Shown: one piece after another, positions 1-12,964 of the stretch
Layout of the letters: every line of letters starts with the position of its first letter
Numbering within the stretch: position 1 is the stretch's first letter
Assembly (NCBI GenBank): GCA_013265495.1
Contig: MU058017.1
Span: 1-64,000, forward strand
Source: Vicugna vicugna
Lineage: Eukaryota
Reading direction: 5' to 3'
DNA: 64,000 nt
Program-made: the position numbers and the translations under genes
Notes under the pieces: generated by a model
The model's database searches: none
What the model saw: only the letters and a program-made list of their open reading frames with translations
What the model was told of the DNA's origin: nothing

Positions 1-439
1 TTTCCTCCATGTCTATGTAAACTGAAAATTTTGCAGTTACAGTTTTGCCACTGGATGATGCTCTTGCATTTTCAGTAAGGGAAAATCAAGCTTGAATTAT
101 ATTTTACTGTCACTATAAGTCTGGCCAGAAAGTAACCAACAATAGCATTACAATGGAAAATTTTGCAAACTGGCATCTTGTAAGCAGCAGCATTGAAAGA
201 ACTAGATGCCAGAAAGGTGAAGTGGAGAAGACTATACTATCTCTATTTTATTCTGTGTCTGCAAATGCTGTGGTTGGGGTGATATTTTGATCTAATAACC
301 ATGTGGGGTTTTTTTGCCACTGCTCCCAATAATGCTTTTATTTACGGCCCTGTGGCTCTTGACATACGAAATAGGCACGAGATATCCACTGCCTCAAAGA
401 AATGTTGTTATAGCACATTTAGATAATTTAAAATTCATA

Positions 440-654
440 TTCATAAATTAGAGGTTTGGAATTTGCAGATAACATATATATACTACTATGTAGAAAATAA
501 ACAACAAGGTCCTACTATGTAGCATACAGAACTATATTCAATATCTTATAATCACCTATAATGAAAAAGAATACATATATCATACATATGTACAATTGAA
601 TCACTATGCTGTACACCACAAACTAACACATTGTTAATAACTATACTTCAATTA
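440..654 (+). mobile_element. 5'-truncated LINE-1 3' UTR fragment (cetartiodactyl-type tail)
   Basis: Tail 'gaactatattcaatatctt...ctatgctgtacacc...ctatacttcaattaaaaa' is shared with other L1s in the window. Flanked by the direct repeat aaaattcata (430-439, 655-664). Confidence 0.85.
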
Positions 655-1059
655 AAAATTCATACTGTCAGCTTTTTAATCATAAAAGTCAGTGTCCATA
701 AGAAAGGGGGTAAAAAGACTTTGAGGATATATAATCATGGTCAGTCAGAGGACCCCTTTTCCTCCTTCTGCTAGGAAACTATACTGGGTTACCCAATGGG
801 AGAAGAGGGAGAGATGGAGGGGAAACACAGCATTAAATACCTGTACGCCTCTGAGAAGGATCCACTGCCCACACCCTCCAGCTAAGCCCCCTTGGGGAGT
901 AAAAAAAAATTATATATATTAGAAACTCGCCAGTTTACGCCATTTTTCCTTCAAAAATACAAATGGACAACTAAGAATCACAGTTATATTAGAAAAATGC
1001 AGCATAAAAGAGAGAAAAATAGCAAAAACAACAAAAAGGGCTGGGGAGGGATGGAACAG

Positions 1060-1428
1060 TGAGAGAGAGAGAGATTTATTTTACGGAACTGACTCACACA
1101 ATTATGGAGTCTGGATAATCTAAGATCTTTAGCCTAAGCCAGCAGGCTGAAGACCCAGGGAAGAGCTGATGTTGCATCTTGAGTTCAAAGACAGTCTGGA
1201 GACAAAATTCCCTCTTCTTTGGGGGAAACTCAGTCTTTTTTTCTTAAGGCTTTCAACTGATTGAATGAGGCCCACTGACAGTAGGGAGGGCAATCTGCTT
1301 TACTCAAGTCTACTGATTTAAATGTTTATCTCGTCTAAAAGCAATACCTTCACAGCAACACCTAGACTAATGTTTGACCAAATATCTGGGTACTGGGGCC
1401 TAGCCAAGTTGAAACATACAATTAATCA
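1060..1428 (-). mobile_element. MLT2-like (ERVL) LTR
   Basis: Ends 'ggcctagccaagttgaaacatacaattaatcat', the reverse complement of the MLT2 5' terminus. Internal 'tcaactgattgaatgaggccca' and 'ctgctttactcaagtctactgatttaaatgtt' motifs. Confidence 0.8.
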
Positions 1429-1439
1429 TTTTAAACATT

Positions 1440-2030
1440 AAAACTTTCAGCAGAAAGACTGCTGAATGAAGTTTAGGAAACCTTCTAGAATGTAAACAGA
1501 AGAGAAAAAAAGATGAGATATATGAAGACAAAAGGATGTAAGTCATCAGATTGCAAGGGATCACAAAATAGCTACCAGAAGTTAATAAAAAATGAAAGAA
1601 GTCTGGTGTCTAAGAAAGCCTCCTGAAATTACAGAACATCAAAACTGAGAGAAGATTCTAAACATTTTCAGAGAGGAAAAAAATCACTTACAAAGGAATA
1701 TAAATTAGAGTTGTCACCAGCAACCACTGGATGTTGGAAGAAAGTGATGTAATCTCTTCAAATTTTGAGGAAAAATGATATACTTGACTTCAAATTCTAT
1801 TCCCAGGCAAACTATCAGTCAAAAAAGAAATCAGGAAAAAGGGATATTCAGACATATGAGGACTCCAAAAGTTTTTCTCCACATACTCTTGCTAAGAGAG
1901 TTATTCCAAGATTTACTCTGGCAATTCAAGAGGGTGAAAAAGTATCAAAGGGAAAAAAACCACTCTTTATATACATACAAAGTAAAGAAGCTGAATTGTA
2001 GATGTGGAATGTAGTCTCTCAACACAGCAA
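1440..2030 (+). mobile_element. Ancient, degenerate LINE-1 ORF1-region fragment
   Basis: A-rich strand with ORF1 C-terminal-like text ('aaattctattcccaggcaaactatcagtcaa', 'aagggatattcagacat'). No open frame. Confidence 0.6.
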
Positions 2031-2044
2031 AGACTGGACTTTAC

Positions 2045-2640
2045 TTTCTTTTAATTTTTATTGAAGTATAGTAAATTTACAATGCTGTGCTAATTTCTGG
2101 TGTTCATCATAGGGCTTTAGTTATACACGTATATATATTCCTTTTCATATTCTTTTTCATTATAGACCATTCCAAGGTATTGAATATAGTCCCTTGTGCT
2201 ATACAGTAGGACCTTGCTGTTTATTTTATATATAGTAGTTAGTATCTATAAATCTTGAACTTCCAATTTATTCCTTATCACTCACTTTTCCTCCTGGTAA
2301 CCATAAGTTTGTTTTCTATGTCTGTGAGTCTCTTTTGTAATAAGTTCATTTGTGGTGTTCTTTTTTTTTTTAATATTCCACATATAATACATATAAGTGA
2401 TATTATATGGTATTTGTCTTTCTCTTTCTGGCTTACTTCATTTGGTATGACCATCTCCAGGTCCATCCATGCTGCCGCAAGTGATATTATTTTATTATTT
2501 TTTATGGCTGAGTAGTATTCCATTATAGCAACCTAAATGTCCATTGACGGATGACTGGATAAAGAAGTTGTAGTACGTGTGTGTGTGTGTATACATATAT
2601 ATATGTATGTATGTATGTATGTGTGTAGATGTATGTGTGA
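2045..2640 (-). mobile_element. LINE-1 3' end with an inverted 5' segment
   Basis: 2045-2523 is L1 ORF2 end/3' UTR on the minus strand (MEYYSAIKNNKI...). About 2528-2575 is the immediately upstream L1 text (caacctaaatgtccattgacggatgactggataaagaag) on the + strand, followed by a TG/TA/TATG microsatellite. Confidence 0.85.
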
Positions 2641-3059
2641 AGGTAGAGCTTAAGGACCTGCTGACTTTCAGAAGCATTCTGAAGTGAAGCGCCCCATTGA
2701 TTAGCTAACCATGAGAGGCCTAGTACTTAAATGAAGCTGCCACTGATTGATTGGGTTAGGTTTAAAACCTGTTCTGAGGGATCCTGTTTATGACTTGGGC
2801 TAAATAATAATCAGTATTGTCTTTTCTTGATCTTGGAGAAGAGGAAATTTTATTCTCAAAACCAAGAGGATGGTATGGGGCCCAGGAAAGGTAGATCCAA
2901 ACAAGAGAAAAGAGAAGTTCCAGCTGGCAGTGGCTCAGTAGATCTAAAGAACTACTTAGTTGCTTTGGATCAGAAAGTTAGAAGTCTTCAGGAAACAGGC
3001 ATTTAGTGCCAAAGAGGACTGAATAAAATATGAAGAATGCTGGGGAGTTTGGAGGACAT

Positions 3060-3260
3060 GTGGTGTAGTACAGCATCATATTTATAAGCACACACTTGGG
3101 AGCTGACTGGCCATGCTTGAGTCTCACCTCTACTTGTTACACATCTCCACTGTGTAACCTTGAGTGTGCCACTTAAACTCTCTCTGTCTCTCTTGCTTCA
3201 TCTATAAATTGACCACAGTAATAGTATCTATCTTACAGAAATGTTGTGAGGATCACACAA
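3060..3260 (+). mobile_element. MIR SINE
   Basis: Core-like 'tgtgtaaccttgag...acttaaactctctctgtctc...cttcatctataaatt...gtaatagtatctatcttacagaaatgttgtgaggat'. Confidence 0.7.
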
Positions 3261-3262
3261 CG

Positions 3263-3710
3263 TGTACTGTTATCTATTGCTTTGTTACAAATTATTGCAA
3301 AATTTGGGGGCTTAAAACAATGATAATCATTTATTATCTCTCATAGTTGCTGCGAGTGAGGCTTGGCTGGGAGACCTGACTCAAGGTCTTTGATAATGTG
3401 GCAATCAGGATGGTGAGGTTACTCACTGGCTGGCAAGTTGGTGCTGGCTGTTGATAGGGACCTTGGTTCCTCTTCCTCTGTCCTCTCCCAGAGATGCTGA
3501 AGTGTCCTTATGATAACAGTGGCTGGCTTCCCCCAGAGAAAATGATAGAAAGGAAGAGCTTGGCAGAAGCTATCCTTTTCATGACTTAGTCTCAGAACCA
3601 CATAGCATCACTTCTGCCCCATTCTACTCAGTAGAATGAATCATTCCATCCAGCCTGCATTTGAGGGAAAGGAAGCATGCCAATAAATTAACACATATTT
3701 AAAAACTATG
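3263..3710 (-). mobile_element. MLT1-type MaLR LTR
   Basis: Begins 'tgtactgttatctattgctttgttacaaattattgcaaaatttgggggcttaaaacaa', the reverse complement of an MLT1 3' end. Contains 'cacttctgccccattcta'. Confidence 0.8.
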
Positions 3711-4499
3711 TCCAGTATGAGTCTTTCTGTAGAAAACACCAAAAAAGAATATGGAAAAATTACATTTTCTTTTTTAACTTATTTGAAACAATGCAGACAA
3801 ACACACACACACATTCAAACAAGCAGTGATTGAACTTAAATATAGAAACAGTATGGCTTCTTAAATTAATTTTACAGTTGATGTAGTTCACAATTATTAG
3901 TAGTTTTTGCCCTAAGTAGAAAGGTGTACCCATGGAGAGGTTATGAGTTCTGCTTTCCCTCAGGGCTCCTGAGAACAAAACATAACGTCACAGAGCCAGA
4001 GCCAGGCAGTACATTAGCCTGCATTCAGCAAAGCAGAAACAAAGCCTTATTTTATGTTTCCTTCTAGAATAAATAAATTTTTTAAAAGAAACTAGCTTTT
4101 CTGTTTTCCCTTGGAGTTGAGCCCTGTTGACCTTAAAGATTTTACCTTTACCCCTATTTAACACTCCAGCAGGTAAGAATTGCTGGTGACTAACCAGCTG
4201 GAAAAGTAGGACAGCCTCCCTTGAAACTCACTTTCCTTCTCCTTTTACCATGCTGGAAGTGGCTCATTTTCAGTCCAGAAGGCAGCATTCTCTGAACATC
4301 AGGACTGCTGTTACACACAGTCTCAGGGGTCAAATCTCAATAAATGTCAAACAAGTTGTTGATTTCACTCACTTTGCATCCTGTGTCTCCCTTAGGAGAG
4401 TGAAGGTTGGTTTAAAGAAGAGGGTGTATGGGAAAAGCTGGCAAAGTCTTCGTACGTGTTGGCAAAGCATAAAGGAAGGCAAGGTTGGCGAGAGACAGA

Positions 4500-4720
4500 A
4501 TAATAATTACTACCATGCTTGGAGTGCCTAGTATATGCCAAGCATTTATAAACATAATATCACTTATTCTTCTCCTACTCTAAGGAGCAAACACTGTTAT
4601 CTCCAGTTTACATATGAGAAGCTGATGCTCAGAGAAGTTAAGTAAATTTTACTTCAGGTAGTGGTTGAACTAGGATGTGAACCCAGTCCTATCCGAGTCT
4701 GAATTCCACACTGCTGCATC
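4500..4720 (-). mobile_element. MIR SINE
   Basis: 'ttatctccagtttacatatgagaagctgatgctcagagaagttaagtaa...ggatgtgaacccagtcct'. Confidence 0.75.
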
Positions 4721-4961
4721 CTGAGTATTCCAAACAGTACACTTTCATCTATACTTCCTTTTGCTTGAATATATTGCCAACGGTACATATTTAAAAGTAC
4801 AAACAAGTTTTAACAGTGAAATATAATGGTAAATGAACTAGACTAATCAGTTATTTGTACTCGGAATAACAGTTCCAAGACTATGTTGACAAGATGCCCC
4901 CTTATTTGGGGGGTTATGGTAAGACAGTGTCCTCCCAAGTCTTCCAAATTCAATAGGTTGT

Positions 4962-5035
4962 ACACCAGAAGTTGACACAACATTGTAAACTGACTATACT
5001 TCAATAAAAAAATATATATACACAAAAACCCCCCG
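4962..5035 (+). mobile_element. Very short (74 bp) LINE-1 3'-tail insertion
   Basis: 'acaccagaagttgacacaacattgtaaactgactatacttcaataaaaaaa' between perfect 15-bp TSDs aattcaataggttgt (4947-4961, 5036-5050). Confidence 0.9.
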
Positions 5036-6362
5036 AATTCAATAGGTTGTGTATTTTAATAAACATTCCCTTCAGGCAAATAAGCAATGCAACATTTTGC
5101 AATGGATCATTAAAAACAAGATTCTGGTGTAAAAGAGCTTTCAGATCTCATAAATTTGATTGGTTGTCACCAGTTTATAATCATGAACAAATTACCAACT
5201 AATAATAAGTGTACCAGTTCCAACAATTTTATTAACTTCAAATGATACCACATGCATTAAAACTGCTGGAGAAATAACAGACGGCCTTTCAATAGATACT
5301 TGGACAACTAACTGGTTGTTATATTTCCAAATTTATGTTTTTGAAAAAAGCATTGTGCTGTTATTTCTGCAAGCAATTCATTTTCTATGAATAGATGTGA
5401 CTACAGGCTTTCTGGAATTCAGAGAACTACACTTTTACAAAAGTGAGATACCTAGATGAAATACAACAGCCTAATTTTATGGATTTCCAACTTTGCTCTG
5501 AGGAAGTTACGAGAAAGGAGGAGAAACTGGTGGTATCTAGAGGGATTTCTCCATATAAGTGCATAAATATAGATGAACATGGTGTTTTTACGTTATTTAG
5601 GTGGTAAAACTGTGAGTCAGACTGACCTTCAATTGGGAATAACTATATAAATAACCAAAGAAGAAAATATGATTTTATTGCATACAGCTTCTCTACTTTT
5701 ATTTCATGAATTCATTCATTTATTGGTGTATTATTTATTGACATGTTATATATCCAATAGAAATTATCAACAACTGACAATTTGCTAGGATAGAGTACAG
5801 GGGAGTTTTGGTTTTTTTCTTTTGTGGAAAAGGGAGAGGAAAGACACATGTACAACATGTAGAAGGAAGAATAAAGGAGCAGCCAATAAGGGGACCATCT
5901 AAGTCTTCTGTTCAGTCTGGTTATAGGAATCTACTCTCTCCATTTTTGGGTGGATTCATCAATTGCCACAAAATGAATACTAAGAAAACAACCAAACAAT
6001 TTAAATATATGTAAAGTGAAAAGTGAACGTCTTCTCATTTTTAACCCTACTCTCACATTTTCACTAAGTATATATCCAATTCAGACTTTTCCTACGCTTA
6101 TAAACAAACACATATTCATAAAGATATTAAAAAAGACATCAAATATATATATACACACATATATATTTTTTCTGTTTCATCTTTTATAATACTATAGCCC
6201 TCTTCCTCTATTAATGCATTTCAAGCTACTTGTTTTTTTTTAGATGCAGAATATTTCATAATGTAACTATATTACAGCTAATTTAACCATTGCCCTATTC
6301 ATGTACATTTGTAGTATTTTCATTTTCCCCTGTATTTTGAAAACCTTCTGTTCTTTCAACAG

Positions 6363-6523
6363 AATCATCATGGGCTTGTAAATCCTTCCAAATTAACACT
6401 GAAGAATCTATAGATGGAAACATGGATGTTGTTTGAAAAGGTAAGACAATCTGGAGAGATGACGGCTACTTTAAATGATGGGAGGTGGAGACTGCTGTAG
6501 TGTGTGGTAAAAGGCAACTTTGT

Positions 6524-6580
<57 letters not shown>

Positions 6581-6753
6581 AGACAGAGAGAGAGAAAGTG
6601 TGTCTGTATTCCTGAGAAGTGGTTTACAGTTTTCTCTTGGCTTTTCCTTACTGTTGTCTTGGGATAGTCATCATCTGCCTCTTTCTGCAGAAATCCGAAG
6701 CAATGGTATAGATGAGTGCAGTATCTAAAGAGGATCTCATAAGCCTTGATGAG
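6363..6753 (+). pseudogene. Two candidate exons (6363-6440, 6691-6753) of an unidentified decayed gene or lncRNA
   Basis: Acceptor ccttctgttctttcaacag with donor AAG|gtaaga, and acceptor ctgcctctttctgcag with donor GAG|gtgaac. Lengths 78 and 63 nt (multiples of 3), but stops occur in all three frames. Confidence 0.3.
6521..6595. repeat. Compound microsatellite (TG)n(AG)n
   Basis: Directly visible. Confidence 0.95.
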
Positions 6754-6999
6754 GTGAACGGTTGAATAAACTGGTCAGCATCAGTAAATGCTTAGCATGG
6801 ACTCCTCATGTCCCCCTTTTAAATCCACAGGGCAGATAAATTTTCACCTGACACTTGCTCCTCCCCATAATATTTCTCCTCCTGGTTTAAAACAGAAGAG
6901 CCGATCTAAAGAATTGCTTGATGAGATGATAACAAATGTAACTAATTAAGTTGTGGGATGCTCCAACTTAAGAAGAGCCTTAAGGCTCCTCTCTTCTCG

Positions 7000-8540
7000 G
7001 ATGCACAGAGCCAACATACTGTGGGGTATGACTTTCTGCTCTTCCCCAAACACATCAACAGACTGAGGAGCAGATAGCCTCAGAGGAATAGGAGCTCATA
7101 GATAAAAATAATAGGACATACGAAGAGGACAATCACCTCAAAGGAAAACTCCAAACTCAAGCACATTAATCAAAAAAAGCAAGGGTATAAGAACAAATGT
7201 ACCTCAAATTCAGGATAAGAATACTAACTATACTAAAAGAGGCAAGAGGAAATGCTAAGAACATGAAGTAAGACCCAAACAAATCATAAAAAAGAACCAA
7301 AGGAGAATACCAGGTATGAATAATCTAATTGCTAAAAAGAATACAATAATTGGGATAAATAATGGAATAATACACAACTAAAAATATGCTAGTGAATTAA
7401 AAGATCAGTTTCAGGAACTCTCTGAGGTTAAAGCAGGGAACAATGAAGAACTGTAAATTTAAATGGTAAGCTAAAAGTTGTGGTGGGCATAAAAAGTACC
7501 AACTTCCAGATAATAGGAGATCAGAAGGAGAGAAATAAAAATGGAGCAGTACAAATATTTTCTAAGATAAGAAAAAGTGAACACACAGATTAAAAAGTTT
7601 CATAGGTACCAAAGAGGAGAGAGAAGGAAAAACTAACACACTTAGGCAGATACTAGTGAAATCTCACTATGTGAAGAAGAAGAAAAGGAGGAGGATTTAA
7701 AGTAAGAGGAGAGGGAGAAAGAGAAGGGGAAAAAAAAAAAAGAGAAAATATCCTGAAAGCCTTTCAAGAGCAAGAGTCAATCACCTACAAAAACATAAGG
7801 ATCAGACTGATGACAGACTTCTGTACAACACTGAATGCAGTAAGACAATAGAGCAATGTTTAAGTATTTATAAAAATCGTTATTCAAATGTAAATGTCTA
7901 AAATAAACATTTTAGCATATAATGCCTCAAAAATTTGCTATCGAATGACTCACACTGAAAACTCTTTTGGCAAGAAGTTCTCATACAGGAAGAGCCGTAA
8001 ATATGAGGAGATGTGATATAAGGTAGTCACAAGTCATAGAAGAGTCTTCATAATTATATTTTAAATGTTTAAGGCAAAAAAAAAGAAATTGAAGAAGTAC
8101 TTCTGTATCATGAAATTAATAGTCTAGTAATATCAACAAAATAATGGATAGATGGAAAAGATCGTAAGAAAGTTCCTTTTAGGGGAGAATGATGCATGCT
8201 GGTTTGAGTCACAGTTAAAAAAGCAGGAAATGAGGCTATGAAAACAAGAAATATCGAAAAAGCAAAGAAAATGTAAATAAAAAAGGAAGAGATTAAAGTC
8301 TAAAAATACCAGCAAACACAACAAATTTAAATGAACGAATCTCACCACTTAAAAGAGATAATCAGATTGGATAAAGAAACAATTATCTATATGGTATTTA
8401 TATAAATACAAGGACATAAAAAGACCAAAAGTAAAGATGTTAAAAAAGATATATCGGGCAAACACTACTTAGAGGAAAGCTGGGGTAGCTATATTATTAT
8501 CAGACATACAGACCTGAAGGTAAAAGGCAGCCGTTCATCA
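7000..8540 (+). mobile_element. Ancient LINE-1 (ORF1 and start of ORF2), degenerate
   Basis: ORF1-like 'atcacctacaaaaacataaggatcagactgatgacagacttct'. Endonuclease-like 'aaagctggggtagctatattattatcagac' (KAGVAILLSD) near 8480. Confidence 0.75.
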
Positions 8541-10239
8541 GAAATATCATATGGTTATGGCATAGACACATTTCCTAGGGTAAATATATGTGAATTTACT
8601 CATGAAATAAATGCTACACATCTGCTAGCAGTTTAATTAGATTCATCTGTGCTAGCAAATGGCTGGGCCAGACTCACTCAGAATCATGCTTGCTGATCTG
8701 CATTTGCTGGAACACGGCACAATTATTTTCATTTTCTTTGTGTAGATGCCAGGGCTGCGATTTCTTTCTGTACTCAGTCAGCAATGCCAACTCACACAGT
8801 CATGTGACAAGACAGCACTGTTCTGACATAGGGGCCCTTCACCAACACCATACTTAATGACCAAGTTTACAGTGGCTTCATGAATGCCACAGGATTCCAT
8901 CCCTAGAAAGGATGATCAGAAGAAAGTTTTTAGAAACCCCAACTTTCCATCACCTATGGTGATCAACTGTTCATTTCGAAGGCTTACAGACTTCTTTGTG
9001 AAGATCCTGACAGCAGGAGGATTTGTTCAGCTTTATTCCCACAGCTGTGAGGGATTTTGTGTGTGACTTCAAGAGGAAGCTAAGACATGGGGCGCAATGG
9101 CGGGAGGCTGGGGTCGTATCCAGGAAAATCATGTCTGCAAGTGTCAGAGCCATTGTTGTTGCTGAGTGCAGAGATTTCTTTCTCTCTTCTAATCTGAGTA
9201 ATTGGTTTCTGCATTGGCTGGGGGGAATGTGGGCAGAGAGCACATGAGAGCACGAGAATCTGAGATTTCATTTCACCCATTGTAATTCTGATTTATTTCA
9301 AGAAACACCGATTGTTGCACTGAAAACATATAGTTGCTGGAAATAACGGGTCATATACTTTAGAGCTAACAAGCTTATATGTATTTGTTGTGTCTTCCCC
9401 TAGTTATATTATCATGTCTTAGACACACGGCCAATGCTTAAAATGTGTTTAACTTACTGGTAAATTATTTTCATCATAGTGAATAATCCCTTTACACATT
9501 GGCAGGCTATTTGAATGTGTTACTAAACAGTGTCTTTCCAAATTAATTATTATTAAAATGTATTGAGTAAAAATTATGAAAATAATATCACAGGAAAATT
9601 TTCAAACCACTTATGGTTCCAGTTAGGCTTTAGTGCTTGAAGGGTTTTAAATAATTAATTACAAAAGTATTTGGTTCTGACAAGTATCCTAGTATTAAGG
9701 AATTAACACAAACATTAGCATATGTGGATTTCAGAAATGTGCCAAATAGCAGAGGTGTTGAAACAAATTGGATATTTTTGTTGTTTTATTTCTTTTTCTG
9801 CTGTAAAGGACAAATATCCACAGTCAACACAATTAAAGTATAGCCTTTAACTGTAAGCTATAACCAAGATATAACCACAGAAAAAGTGACTGCATACATA
9901 GGTGTGCCTTCATTTTATAAGGCTGTAATCCAGTCATGAAAATAATCTCTGGTTCATGTGGCCAGTGACTAAAGAAATCAGATCACAAGATCTCAAAGAA
10001 ATTTAATACATGCATGTCCCCATGTTATTCCCTTTCTTTTTGTTTAAATTTCTTAGGTATTTGTATTTAAAAGAGTAGTCCCAGTGCATTTGTTAAGGGC
10101 AAAACTTGTATTTTTTTAGTCTAGTGAAAGAAAAGCACAAAAAGAAGTGAAAGGGGAAGTGGGTAAAAAGGGAATCAGAAAATATGCTCAGATTTTTATA
10201 ACCAAATCCTCACATTTACAGTGATGACTATCAAAGGCA

Positions 10240-10835
10240 CCAGCATCTTTTTCCAGTCTGCCACGTCTTCTAACTGCTTCCCCACATCTATTCATTCCAC
10301 CTTTACATAGTAGCCAACATGATATTTTAAAAAGATGAATCAGATCATATTTCCCACCCATTTAAGCCCATCCAGCAGCTTCCTCTTTTTCAGAGAATAA
10401 AAACCAACAAATACCACATTGTGCCCTCAAACCTGATTCAGTCCTCTCCCTGCCCAGCTGTTCTACTTCACTGAGTGCCACAGCCCCACCATGCTCCAGC
10501 TATAAGAGCTCCTGGTTTGGCCCAGGACTAGGCAAGATTTTTTGCCTTAAGGCTTTCCAGCTGTTGTTCCCTCTGCTAAGACAATTCTCTTGCTAGATCT
10601 GTGCACGGGTAGCTTCTTTGAGGATTTCAGATCTCAGTTTAAATGTCACATCCACAGAACTTTCCTGATCACATAAGATAATGCATCTTCTGTTCCATCC
10701 CTCTCTATTCCTTTACCTAACTTTGCGCTCTTCCTAGCAATAATCACTTTCCAAAATTACCTTGTTCATGTGTTTATTTTCCCCACCCCGCTCAGCAGGT
10801 ACTCAATGATATTGCTTGAAGGCATGGAATATGAA
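10240..10835 (+). mobile_element. LINE-2 3' fragment
   Basis: 'aatcagatcatatttccc', 'gctgttgttccctctgct', 'tctcagtttaaatgtcacatcc', and a 3' end 'gcaggtactcaatgatattgcttgaa'. Confidence 0.75.
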
Positions 10836-11504
10836 TACTTCTGAAGACTACCAGGCTGGCACAGTGTTCAAGTTTAGATCTGACTGAGATTTTGCAGAGC
10901 AATATTTCCTTGTCTTCTGTACTACTGGTTTTAAAGTATTCACATTTGTAAGATGTGAATACCTTCTGCCTTGATTATGCCTATAATTCTATCTTCAAAG
11001 AGCAGTGTTAGAACAGAATCCATAGTTGATCAATAAGATACTAAATTGCATATTATCTGCATGGATTACACTTTCAAGGAATTCATAGGGGCCCTTTGTG
11101 GATGAGTAACTAGAAATCACTTAAATTTACCTTTACACATATCTAATATGGTTCACTGACTCGAAGTCAGATATATATTTTAGAGAGACAAGAAAAACAG
11201 ATGAGCACAGTGTAACAAGGGCCAAAAAAAAAAAGAAGGGGGACATAGGTTCAAACACTGCAGTTATATCAATAATGAATGAAAAGTAAGAATATTTTTG
11301 CCAATATATGAGAAATGCTTCACTCGATTAGTGAAAGGGTCAGAGCCCAGGTAATGATAGAGGACTAATGAAAAGGCAATGAAATAAGAGAGAATATAGA
11401 CTTGGCCTTTAAAATTTTGGTAGTGCAGGGAAGGAAACAATGGAAAAATAACTTTAGAGAAGAATAAAGTAGAGGGATGGTTTTGGCTTTTTCCTATGTT
11501 CTGA

Positions 11505-12960
11505 TTGATATATTTTCTTCAGAAAAATGTCTATTTTCAAGTCCCTTTGCCCATTTTTAATTGCATTGTTTCCCTTTTTGTTGTTGAGTAGTAAGAATTC
11601 TTTATATATTATGGATACTAGATGCTTATTAGATACATAATTTGCAAATATTTTCTCTCATTCAGTGGGTTTTTTTTTCACTTTATTGTGTGTCCGTTGA
11701 TACACAAGCTTTTAGTTTTGATACAGTCCAATTTATTTTTTCTCTAGCCATTTGGTGCTTTTGGTGTCATATCTAAGAATCCATTGCCAAATCCAAGGTC
11801 ACTGAGATTCGCCCCAATGTTTTCTTCTAAGAGTTTTATGGTTTTAGCTCCTACATTTAAATCATTCCACTTTCAGTTAAATTTTACATATGGTATGAGG
11901 TAAGGGTCCAATATCATTTTTTGCATGTGGTTATTCAGTTGTTTCAGCACCATATGTTGAAAAGACTACTCTTTTCCCATTGAATGGTCTTGACATCCTT
12001 GCTGAAAGTTAATTGACCATAGATATATGAGTTTATTTCTGGACTCTCCATTCTGTTCCACTGACCTGTATATCTATCCTTGCCAATACCACACTATTTT
12101 GATTACTGTAGCTCTGTAGCAAGTTTTGAAATCAAGCTGTGTGAGTTTTCCAAGTTTTCTCTTCTTTTTAAAGATGGTTTTGGCTATTTGGGGTCCCTTG
12201 TAATTCAATAAGAATTTTAGAATCAGTTTATCCATTTCAGCAAAAATTAAAAATAAAAATAAAAAAGGAATTTGAATTTTAATAGGCATGGCATAGAATC
12301 TGTAGATCAAATTTGGGAGCATTGCCACCTTAACAACATTAAAGTCTTCTACTCCATAAACACAGGATAACATTTCATTTATTTCAAATTTTAAAAATTT
12401 ATTTCTTCTGCCAGTTGTCTCATTACCCATCCTTTTCTGCCAAGCTTTGCAGTTTGTCCATATTTGCCCTGTTATTTCCTGCTCTGGGTGGCAGCTGCTA
12501 ATTCATTTGCCTCTGAAAGGTTTTGACAAATGCCCCCTGAGCAGCCACCTCAGCTTGTGGATTTTTCTGAGTTAGGCAAAATAAAGGGAAGCCCTTTGAG
12601 CTGGCCCTTCAGAGACCAACAGATAGGTCAAAAGAAACAGCCAAAATTGTTTAAGAATAAGTTCTGTTCTTCTCTTCCTGATACCAGGAGCCTGTATGAG
12701 GAAGGCAGATTATTGTCTGTAAGGCTGCTTCTGACCTGAGGAGTGCGGCATGGGGACAGGGTAAGTTAAAATGCCACAAAGCTCTCTTACTTACAGTCAG
12801 ACAATTTTCTCTTGACTAAGCATTCACCTGGTTGCTATAAACCCTTGATTAGTTTCCGAGTTCTGATAAAGTTGATTCAGACAGTCCTTGCCAGGTTATT
12901 TATTGCTTTTGAGGAGGGACAAGATTTTGGAGTTTCCTACTCCACCATTATCCCTGGTAT
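11505..12960 (-). mobile_element. Old LINE-1: ORF2 C-terminal half (11505-12400) next to an L1M-type 5'-end-like segment (12400-12960)
   Basis: Minus-strand ORF 12074-12430 reads VVKVAMLPNLIYRFYAMPIKI...DFKTCYRATVIKIVWYW, which is L1 ORF2. The 5'-end assignment is from recall and less certain. Confidence 0.8.
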
Positions 12961-12964
12961 CACT

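Noticed and set aside
6485..6728. Cys-Val and Arg-Glu repeat ORFs
   Set aside because: They are translations of the (TG)n(AG)n microsatellite.
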